64,000 nt of DNA. Source: Nibricoccus sp. (GTDB taxonomy: Bacteria; Verrucomicrobiota; Verrucomicrobiia; Opitutales; Opitutaceae). Below, piece by piece: positions 57,988 to 64,000 of the stretch. The notes under the pieces were generated by a model. It did no database searches and was not told where the DNA came from. It saw only the letters and a program-made list of their open reading frames with translations. Both the position numbers and the translations under genes were made by a program. Where the stretch lies: positions 2,368,001-2,432,000 of the forward strand of contig JASGHG010000001.1 in assembly GCA_047602425.1 (NCBI GenBank), written 5' to 3'. The stretch's first letter is position 1; every line of letters begins with the position of its first letter.

Positions 57988-58063
57988 CGGGGTGTAGCGT
58001 AGCAGCCAACGCGCTCGGCTTGGGACCGAAAGATCGCAGGTGCAACTCCTGTCACCCCGACCA
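57988..58063 (+). tRNA. tRNA-Pro(UGG)
   Basis: Loop CTTGGGA. Confidence 0.85.
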
Positions 58064-58068
58064 ATTTT

Positions 58069-58144
58069 CAGGTGTGTGGCCCAGTTAGCGGGGCACCGGC
58101 CCGTGAAGCCGGGGAAATGGGTGCAAATCCCATCCACCTGACCA
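58069..58144 (+). tRNA. tRNA-His(GUG), atypical acceptor stem
   Basis: CCGGC-CCGTGAA-GCCGG; A73 and no G-1. Confidence 0.7.
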
Positions 58145-58148
58145 CTCC

Positions 58149-58225
58149 GCTCGTGGAGCCGAAGTAGTCGAGGCAACCCTCTGTCTAAGGGAAGTCAGCC
58201 GGTGCGAGTCCGGTCACGAGCGCCA
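58149..58225 (+). tRNA. tRNA-Asp(GUC)
   Basis: Loop CTGTCTA. Confidence 0.75.
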
Positions 58226-58231
58226 ATTTTT

Positions 58232-58308
58232 CGAGGCGTCGCCTAGTAGCTATGGCAGCTGGCCTACATCCAGCCATTCCGGGGGTGCAAGTCCCTCCGC
58301 CTCGACCA
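58232..58308 (+). tRNA. tRNA-Val(UAC)
   Basis: Loop CCTACAT. Confidence 0.8.
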
Positions 58309-58309
58309 T

Positions 58310-58384
58310 TGCCGAGTAGCACAACAGTAGTGCGACGCCCTGTTAAGGCGCTAGGTGCAAGTGCGAATCTTGCCTCGGCAGCCA
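58310..58384 (+). tRNA. tRNA-Asn(GUU), different sequence from copy 1
   Basis: CGCC-CTGTTAA-GGCG, G73, CCA. Confidence 0.82.
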
Positions 58385-58389
58385 TTTTT

Positions 58390-58465
58390 CGTCGGCGAGA
58401 CGGCCAGTGAAGTCACCTGCCCGACATGCAGGCATCGCTCGGTGCGACACCGAGGCCGACGACCA
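58390..58465 (+). tRNA. tRNA-Val(GAC)
   Basis: Loop CCGACAT. Confidence 0.75.
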
Positions 58466-58559
58466 TGTCCTTAGCTGTGTCGGAGGGTTGGGCACAGCGA
58501 GGAGATCAGCTGGCCCGGCGATAAGCCGGAGACGAGTGCCTCCGCTCCGCCAGCACCAT

Positions 58560-58634
58560 CCGGATGTAGTGTAGCAGCAACACGCTCGCCTCGGACGCGA
58601 GTGACCGAGGGTGCAACTCCCTCCGTCCGGACCA
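58560..58634 (+). tRNA. tRNA-Pro(CGG)
   Basis: Loop CTCGGAC. Confidence 0.82.
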
Positions 58635-58640
58635 ATTTAT

Positions 58641-58715
58641 TGCGGTGTCGTCTAACACGTAGGACAGCGGACTTTGAATCCGTTTGTGGAGGTGCGAATC
58701 CTCCCGCCGCAGCCA
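58641..58715 (+). tRNA. tRNA-Gln(UUG)
   Basis: Loop CTTTGAA. Confidence 0.85.
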
Positions 58716-58719
58716 GCTT

Positions 58720-58859
58720 GGGTCGCAAGCTTTAATCGTGAAGCAGCCGGCTCTTAACCGGCAGAACTCGGAGCATTTGACTCGCGCGTACGCGCTCGGG
58801 GCCTTGCCCCTAACCTGCTGGTTAGCCGCTCCGCGTTGCTCCGCCGAGGCGGCCCACCA
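58720..58859 (+). tRNA. tRNA-Lys(CUU) with T-loop insertion (58778-58843)
   Basis: Loop CTCTTAA; same insertion as copy 1. Confidence 0.7.
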
Positions 58860-58860
58860 T

Positions 58861-58936
58861 GGCTCGATGGCGCAGCATGTAGCGCAGCTCCCTCATAAGG
58901 AGAAGGTCGCGGGTGCGAATCCCGCTCGAGCCCCCA
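58861..58936 (+). tRNA. tRNA-Met(CAU), elongator-like
   Basis: CTCC-CTCATAA-GGAG. Confidence 0.8.
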
Positions 58937-58943
58937 TTTTCAG

Positions 58944-59031
58944 CGGGACGTGGCAGAGCAGCAAATGCAACGCACTGTAAATGCGTCGGCTTCACAGCCT
59001 ATCACTGGTGCAAGTCCAGTCGGCCCGACCA
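58944..59031 (+). tRNA. tRNA-Tyr(GUA)
   Basis: Loop CTGTAAA, variable arm. Confidence 0.85.
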
Positions 59032-59146
59032 CTTTCTCAGTCTCATGGGTGCCAACAACTCATGCTTTTGTCGGTAAAGGTTAAAACCGGCCAGCAGTTC
59101 TGGTGGATCAGAGCAATCGTTAGGTTTTCGCGTAAAAAACCGTTAT

Positions 59147-59222
59147 GCCTCTTAAGCATAGTTAGCGATGCAACTCCTTGGTAAGGAGTAGATGGTCGGC
59201 GCACATCCGACAGGAGGCTCCA
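59147..59222 (+). tRNA. tRNA-Thr(GGU)
   Basis: Loop TTGGTAA. Confidence 0.8.
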
Positions 59223-59228
59223 TTTTAT

Positions 59229-59386
59229 GCGAGCGTGGCGGAATAGCATACGCGCCGGCCCGAGATGCCGGTGAGCGCAAGCTCATGAGGGTGCGATTGA
59301 CTCGTATTCGGCGAGCGAATACTCGGGCCTGCGGCCCACGCCTGACGGCATGCCGTTCCGCTTCGCTTCACCCTCCGTTCGCACCA
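59229..59386 (+). tRNA. tRNA-Leu(GAG) with T-loop insertion (59298-59370)
   Basis: Loop CCGAGAT; same insertion as copy 1. Confidence 0.72.
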
Positions 59387-59392
59387 ATTTAT

Positions 59393-59482
59393 CGCGGCGT
59401 GGTTGGAATCAGTATACACAGCGGTCTCAAAATCCGCTGGGCTTCAACGCCCGTGCCGGTGCGAGTCCGGCCGCCGCGACCA
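59393..59482 (+). tRNA. tRNA-Leu(CAA)
   Basis: Loop CTCAAAA. Confidence 0.82.
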
Positions 59483-59483
59483 T

Positions 59484-59571
59484 GCGGCTGTGTGTGGAAA
59501 AGTAGACCGAGCGGTTTTAAAAACCGCTGCGCCTCTGGCGCGTGGGCGTGCAAGTCGCCCCAGCCGCACCA
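59484..59571 (+). tRNA. tRNA-Leu(UAA)
   Basis: Loop TTTAAAA. Confidence 0.8.
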
Positions 59572-59580
59572 ATTTACTAT

Positions 59581-59667
59581 CGGCAAGTGGTGGAACAAGC
59601 ATACACGCGAGTCTCAGAAACTCGAGGGCGCGAGCCTGTGCAGGTGCAAATCCTGTCTTGCCGACCA
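59581..59667 (+). tRNA. tRNA-Leu(CAG)
   Basis: Loop CTCAGAA. Confidence 0.82.
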
Positions 59668-59676
59668 TTTTTCTAT

Positions 59677-59753
59677 CGCCCTGTCCTCTAACGAGCACAG
59701 GAGACCCGTTTCTCAAATGGGCAATGTGGGTGCGAGTCCCATTGGGGCGACCA
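59677..59753 (+). tRNA. tRNA-Glu(CUC)
   Basis: Loop TTCTCAA. Confidence 0.8.
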
Positions 59754-59757
59754 TTGA

Positions 59758-59849
59758 CGCCGCGTAGTTCAAAGTGAACCGTCCGCCTTATAAACGGAAT
59801 CGCGCTAGATGAGCGCCAGGCCCGGGAGCGTTACCCGGCGCGGCGACCA
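59758..59849 (+). tRNA. tRNA-Ile(UAU) with long variable arm
   Basis: Loop CTTATAA; same as copy 1. Confidence 0.72.
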
Positions 59850-59854
59850 ACTTT

Positions 59855-59922
59855 GGGGTAGTGAGGACAGGGTTACTTCGTTCGAAACACGACAAAACAA
59901 CACCTTGTTCAGATTTCTCCTC
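59855..59922 (+). ncRNA. Y-RNA-like unit 1 (short)
   Basis: GGTAGTGAG..TACTTCG..TTCTCC motif. Confidence 0.55.
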
Positions 59923-59929
59923 AAAATAT

Positions 59930-60004
59930 GCCTCTTATGTGTAGTTATCGACGCGCGGCGCTTGTACCGCTGATAGGCCGGCGCAAATCCGGCAGGAGGC
60001 TCCA
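59930..60004 (+). tRNA. tRNA-Thr(UGU)
   Basis: Loop CTTGTAC. Confidence 0.78.
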
Positions 60005-60009
60005 ATTTT

Positions 60010-60140
60010 CGGGTAGTGAGATCAGGGATACTTCGCCTCCTAAGCGCGTGGTTGTCGGTTCGAGTCCGGCCCTCTCCAAAATTCACGGGGAGGTAGCTCA
60101 ATGGTAGAGCACGTTAAACGCCCTGGCCGGTTTTCTCCCG
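60010..60140 (+). ncRNA. YrlA-like Y RNA, unit 2
   Basis: Motif stem encloses T arm (GTCGG-TTCGAGT-CCGGC), closed acceptor stem, then D arm (TAGCTCAATGGTAGAGCA): permuted tRNA order. Confidence 0.75.
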
Positions 60141-60148
60141 AAACAATT

Positions 60149-60307
60149 TTCTGGGTAGTGAAGGTAGAGATACTTCGCCACCAAAGCGACGCGACCGCTA
60201 TTCCCCGTGCCCGCCGGCAAGCTGGGCTGCGAATACGAGCGCTGGTCCATTGAGCAATCGGTGGATCAGAAGGGCTCTAGGGGAGCTTTGCCTGTTTTCT
60301 CCCAGAA
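60149..60307 (+). ncRNA. Y-RNA-like unit 3
   Basis: TTCTGGG/CCCAGAA closing stem and shared motif. Confidence 0.6.
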
Positions 60308-60312
60308 TAGTT

Positions 60313-60446
60313 TTGGAGGCAGTGAGCGTGCGGATACTTCGGAGAACGCGCTCGCCTAGAGGCGAGAGATTGCAGGTTCAACCCCTGCTCGTGTCGGCAA
60401 CGATACGATGGCGGAATCAAACGCTGCTCGCGACTCTCTCCTCCAA
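60313..60446 (+). ncRNA. Y-RNA-like unit 4
   Basis: TTGGAGG/CCTCCAA stem, shared motif, T arm GCAGG-TTCAACC-CCTGC. Confidence 0.65.
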
Positions 60447-60451
60447 TTCCT

Positions 60452-60602
60452 TTGAAGGTAGTGAGAACGCGGATACTTCTGGTAATGCACGCAAGTGCCA
60501 TGGTTCAAATCCATACACCGCGTTCGGTTTTGGCGCGTTTCACGCGGTCCTGCGGACTCCACCTTCGGTGGCCCCATCTCCGCTACGCTCCGTCTCCTTC
60601 AA
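60452..60602 (+). ncRNA. Y-RNA-like unit 5 (palindromic insertion at 60531-60592)
   Basis: TTGAAGG/CCTTCAA stem, shared motif, T arm ATGG-TTCAAAT-CCAT. Confidence 0.6.
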
Positions 60603-60609
60603 TCAATTT

Positions 60610-60743
60610 TGCGGGTAGTGAGTGTATAGCTACTTCGGACTGAACGGTCGGTGGTTCGATCCCACCTGCGCTTCGGCGCATAGCTCAGTGGTAAGAGCAT
60701 TCAGCGGCCGCAAGGCCGTATCTGTGCACGTAGTTCTCCCGCA
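60610..60743 (+). ncRNA. YrlA-like Y RNA, unit 6
   Basis: T arm GGTGG-TTCGATC-CCACC, acceptor TGCGC-TTCG-GCGCA, D arm TAGCTCAGTGGTAAGAGCA. Confidence 0.78.
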
Positions 60744-60824
60744 TTACCACCGTGTCCCGGCGCTCCGGGTTTGTCTCGCCGCGAGAGATCATCTCGTGGC
60801 CCTAAAAAGAAAAAGGAGGCCATC

Positions 60825-62264
60825 ATGGCCAAGTTCAGTATCCTCAAAGCCCTGTCGCGCGGAAAATCTGCGCCCAACACGGTCAATTTTGAAAACGGTC
60901 GCGCCTACAAGCAGACCGCCAAAGTCGAATTCGTTTCGATTTTGCTCACCACGTTTCTCCAGGAGGAATTTTATCGCACCGAGAAACAAACCACTGCTCG
61001 CATCCGCGAACTGATCACGCAGGTCAACGACCCACTGTTCGTCGCGAAAGGCGCCCTGTATGCACGTAACAAATACGGCATGCGCTCGGTCAGTCACCTC
61101 GTCGCGGGTGAACTGGCCAAACAGGTCAAAGGTGTTACGTGGACGAAACGTTTCTATTCTGAAGTCGTGCGACGACCGGATGACGTCATGGAAACGCTGG
61201 GTTATTACCTTGCGGCCTACGGTCGTCCGATCCCGAACTCCCTTAAAAAGGGTTTGGGTGCAGCACTGGGTCGTTTCGACGAATATCAACTCGCCAAATA
61301 CCGCCGCGACCACGCGGTCTTCAAACTCGTTGACGCAGTAAATCTGGTTCGTCCGGCAGCAACGCCGGCTCTGTCCAAGCTTGTGAAAGGTGAACTCGCT
61401 CCTGCGCAAACGTGGGAGACTAAACTCACGCAAGCGGGTGCGGCTGAGTCAGCCGATGATGTTGCTGAGGCAAAATCTCAGGCGTGGGCACAGCTGGTGC
61501 GTGAGCGCAAGCTCGGCTACCTCGCTCTGCTCCGCAACGTCCGTAATGTGCTGACGCATGCGCCGGAGGTGGTGGACGAACTTTGCGCGCAGCTTGCCAA
61601 TGAGCAGGCGGTGCGCCGTGCGCTCGTGTTTCCGTTCCAGTTTCTGTCCGCCGTTGAAGTGCTGAAGCAGGGCAACCAGCCAGGTACAAACCGCGTGATG
61701 GATGCGCTGAATCAGGCTATCGATTACTCGCTGGCCAACGTGCCGAAGTTCGAGGGTAACACGCTCGTCGCGCTCGACTCCTCCGGCTCGATGGTGGGTC
61801 GTCCGCAGACGATCGGTTCGCTCTTTGCCGCAACGCTGGTGAAGGCAACCGGTGCTGATCTGATGCTTTTCAGTGATGATGCTCGTTACATCACGCTGAA
61901 CCGTCGCGACACCACGCTCACGGCGGCCAACAGCATCCCGTTCATCTCGGGTGGTACGAACTTCAATGCGATCTTCCAGCGTGCGAACCATGCTTACGAT
62001 CGCATCGTGGTCCTGTCCGATATGCAGGGTTGGGTGGGTGGCGGTGCGCCCGTTGCTGCTTTCGCTGCGTATCAGAAGAAGTACGACTGCGCTCCGCGCG
62101 TCTATAGCTTCGATCTGAAAGGTTACGGTACGCTCCAGTTCCCACAGGAACGGGTTTACTGTCTTGCCGGTTGGAGCGATCGCGTATTCGAGGTCATGCA
62201 AAAACTCGATCGCGATCCCGAGGCACTGGTTCACGAAGTCGAGGCAATCTCGCTCGCGGACTAA
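60825..62264 (+). CDS. rsr: Ro60/TROVE domain RNA-binding protein (Rsr)
   Basis: AAGGAGG RBS; N..NGRAY, ARNKYGMRS, FDEYQLAKY, TWET, ALLRNVRN, vWA DSSGSM, GGTN, LSDMQ. Confidence 0.92.
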   Translation: MAKFSILKALSRGKSAPNTVNFENGRAYKQTAKVEFVSILLTTFLQEEFYRTEKQTTARIRELITQVNDPLFVAKGALYARNKYGMRSVSHLVAGELAKQVKGVTWTKRFYSEVVRRPDDVMETLGYYLAAYGRPIPNSLKKGLGAALGRFDEYQLAKYRRDHAVFKLVDAVNLVRPAATPALSKLVKGELAPAQTWETKLTQAGAAESADDVAEAKSQAWAQLVRERKLGYLALLRNVRNVLTHAPEVVDELCAQLANEQAVRRALVFPFQFLSAVEVLKQGNQPGTNRVMDALNQAIDYSLANVPKFEGNTLVALDSSGSMVGRPQTIGSLFAATLVKATGADLMLFSDDARYITLNRRDTTLTAANSIPFISGGTNFNAIFQRANHAYDRIVVLSDMQGWVGGGAPVAAFAAYQKKYDCAPRVYSFDLKGYGTLQFPQERVYCLAGWSDRVFEVMQKLDRDPEALVHEVEAISLAD

Positions 62265-62281
62265 ACGCCTAAATCTCCTAC

Positions 62282-62309
62282 GGAGCCGAACATAGTTCGG
62301 TTCCTTTTT
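62282..62309 (+). terminator. Terminator-like hairpin after TROVE
   Basis: GGAGCCGAAC-ATA-GTTCGGTTCC followed by TTTTT. Confidence 0.6.
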
Positions 62310-62384
62310 CTTCCTGTAGTGAAACAGCTATCACGCGGCTCTGCGAAGGCCGAGATCCAGGTGCAAGTCCCGGCAGGAGGACCA
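62310..62384 (+). tRNA. tRNA-Arg(GCG)
   Basis: Loop CTGCGAA. Confidence 0.78.
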
Positions 62385-62394
62385 ATTTTCAATA

Positions 62395-62469
62395 CTCTGC
62401 GTGGTGAAATTATTATCATGTCGCGCTTCGAACGCGTAGTTGCGGGTGGGATTCCTGCCGCAGAGGCCA
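62395..62469 (+). tRNA. tRNA-Arg(UCG)
   Basis: CGCG-CTTCGAA-CGCG. Confidence 0.75.
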
Positions 62470-62473
62470 TTTT

Positions 62474-62546
62474 CTCCGCGTGGCCGAGAAGCTCAGGCCT
62501 CCGCCTTCTAAGCGGATCGACGCAGGTGCAAATCCTGTCGCGGAGA
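62474..62546 (+). tRNA. tRNA-Arg(UCU)
   Basis: Loop CTTCTAA; no encoded CCA. Confidence 0.8.
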
Positions 62547-62552
62547 CTTTAC

Positions 62553-62643
62553 GGAGGTGAAATCGGACAAGCGTGCCGACAGCCGTTTGAAGCGGTCAGG
62601 GCGACTGTTTGTCGCTGGGGAGCATGCCCTCTCGCCTCCGCCA
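62553..62643 (+). tRNA. tRNA-Ser(UGA)
   Basis: Loop TTTGAAG. Confidence 0.75.
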
Positions 62644-62649
62644 ATCTTT

Positions 62650-62735
62650 GGAGAGTAAAGCCGTGAAGCGCGGCGACCGGTTGGAAGCCGGCTCGGACCT
62701 CCGGGTCTGTGGGGCAGAACCACTGCTCTCCGCCA
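62650..62735 (+). tRNA. tRNA-Ser(GGA)
   Basis: Loop TTGGAAG. Confidence 0.72.
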
Positions 62736-62742
62736 AATGTGT

Positions 62743-62832
62743 GGAGAGTGAATCCGCCGAGGTGCGGACGCTGTTTCGAAAGCAGCTGGATCGGCGATGC
62801 CGGTTGAGGCGCAAGCCCTCCGCTCTCCGCCA
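62743..62832 (+). tRNA. tRNA-Ser(CGA)
   Basis: GCTGT-TTCGAAA-GCAGC, variable arm, G73, CCA. Confidence 0.78.
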
Positions 62833-62837
62833 TTTTT

Positions 62838-62911
62838 CCTCGTGTAGCTCAAAAGCAGAGCAATCGGCCGATAACCGATCGACGTCGGAGCGTTACCGAA
62901 CGCGAGGACCA
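62838..62911 (+). tRNA. tRNA-Ile(GAU)
   Basis: Loop CCGATAA. Confidence 0.8.
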
Positions 62912-62917
62912 TTTTTC

Positions 62918-63005
62918 GGAGGGTTAATCCCGAGAGTCGGAAGCCGCGGTGCTAACGCGTGCGGCGGTAAAAGCCGCTGAGGGGCAGGACCTCAACCCTC
63001 CGCCA
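62918..63005 (+). tRNA. tRNA-Ser(GCU)
   Basis: Loop GTGCTAA. Confidence 0.72.
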
Positions 63006-63006
63006 T

Positions 63007-63080
63007 TGCCGGGTCGTCTAGCAGCAGGACAGCGGTCTCTGAAACCGCGAACGCATGTGCGACTCATGCCCCGGCAGCCA
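63007..63080 (+). tRNA. tRNA-Gln(CUG)
   Basis: GCGGT-CTCTGAA-ACCGC, CCA. Confidence 0.82.
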
Positions 63081-63087
63081 TTTTCAT

Positions 63088-63162
63088 TCTCTGCAAGCAT
63101 AGGCAGCGATGCAGCGGTTTCGTAAACCGCAGAGGCCGGCGCACACCCGGCGCGGAGATCCA
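63088..63162 (+). tRNA. tRNA-Thr(CGU)
   Basis: Loop TTCGTAA. Confidence 0.8.
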
Positions 63163-63277
63163 GTTTTTCAGTCGGTTTTTGGACTGAGGAGTTAAGCGCA
63201 AAAAAGAACACACACCCACGTTGGCTGAGCTGAGCCCAGCGGAGCTGCGCCATTTTCAATTTATCCATTTCGTTCCC

Positions 63278-63913
63278 ATGAACACTAGCATTCTCGACAA
63301 ACCCATCGTCCTGTCGCTTAACCGCGCCTGGCAGGTGATCGGCCACCGTACCGTGAAGCAGGCTCTCGTAGCTCTTAACGGTGGTTCGGCTGGTCTACCG
63401 CCTGCGCTCGGTCTCGACATTGCCTATCCGAAGCTCGACGACGGTGGTTGGAATTTCGACCGCCCGCTTTTCCTCAACCCGCTTCCGTGGGCTGAGTGGA
63501 TCAATCTGCCGGTTCGTGAATTCGACTTCGTTGTCTCAACGCCGCGGATGCAAATCCGCGTTCCCACCGTTATCATCTCGACGCAATACGATCGCATGCC
63601 GATCCGCCTCCCGCGGGTCACGCGTCAGGCGATTTTTGAGCGCGATGGTGGTATCTGCCAATACACCGGCGAATTTGTCGGCAAGAACGGTGGCAATCTC
63701 GACCACGTTGTGCCCCGCGATCGCGGTGGCCGCGACAGTTTCGAAAACCTCGTTTGGGCCAAAAGAGAGGTCAACTCGCTGAAGGCTAATCGCCTGCCGC
63801 ATGAGGCTGGTCTCCGACTGCTCAGACGTCCCAAGGCACCTGCTCCGCTTCCGGCGGCTGCCTCAATTCGTGAAGCGAAACATCCCGACTGGCGCCACTT
63901 CCTCGCACACTGA
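63278..63913 (+). CDS. HNH endonuclease (copy 2)
   Basis: Near-identical protein to 24692-25327. Confidence 0.9.
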   Translation: MNTSILDKPIVLSLNRAWQVIGHRTVKQALVALNGGSAGLPPALGLDIAYPKLDDGGWNFDRPLFLNPLPWAEWINLPVREFDFVVSTPRMQIRVPTVIISTQYDRMPIRLPRVTRQAIFERDGGICQYTGEFVGKNGGNLDHVVPRDRGGRDSFENLVWAKREVNSLKANRLPHEAGLRLLRRPKAPAPLPAAASIREAKHPDWRHFLAH

Positions 63914-63981
63914 AACCCTGCGGTGGGGGAGTGGCCCAGCCGACTCTACGACTCGTCGCCTTTTCCGCAGGGCTAACTTCC

Positions 63982-64000
63982 ATGAACACCGAATCAGCTA
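63982..64000 (+). CDS. Start of sigma factor copy 2 (truncated by window edge)
   Basis: MNTES start and upstream context match 25397. Confidence 0.6.

Larger units (their letters stand above)
55119..64000. repeat. Copy 2 of duplicated module (continues beyond the window)
   Basis: Colinear with 18560-25411, plus the Y-like/TROVE insertion. Confidence 0.92.

Noticed and set aside
60040..60112. Circularly permuted functional tRNA gene
   Set aside because: No intact anticodon arm; the motif stem and adjacent TROVE gene fit YrlA better.
59855..60743. CRISPR array
   Set aside because: Shared motifs are short and degenerate, units fold as RNAs of variable length, and no cas genes are present.

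Overview
GC-rich bacterial chromosome segment; the gene style suggests Opitutaceae/Verrucomicrobiota, which is my inference. 1-18.2 kb is ordinary: pyruvate:ferredoxin oxidoreductase (partial), apt, a hybrid sensor kinase, a 2-hydroxyacid dehydrogenase and a LacI/TonB-receptor/MFS/GH88/GH42/DUF2264 sugar-utilisation locus. A tRNA-Ile2(CAU) gene split by a group I intron follows. From about 18.56 kb lies an accessory island with two diverged copies (about 18.56-25.4 kb and 55.1-64 kb) of one module: LysR, a 51-codon leader ORF containing all 20 amino acids with a terminator/antiterminator, a 38-gene tRNA array covering all 20 amino acids and bracketed by long-range inverted repeats, an HNH nuclease and a sigma factor. 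The array tRNAs have non-canonical elbows, rare anticodons (Ile-UAU, Arg-GCG, Arg-UCG) and small palindromic insertions. Copy 2 also carries a Ro60/TROVE gene preceded by tandem Y-RNA-like units. Between the copies are RtcB (frameshifted), a MoxR/vWA/beta-propeller conflict system and an NrtR-controlled NAD-salvage / ADP-ribose-removal / Tpt1 cluster. My reading is a translation- and NAD-recovery island that may be switched on by a pan-codon attenuator. tRNA calls and folds were made by eye, so ends may be off by 1-2 nt; protein calls rest on recognised motifs, not database searches.
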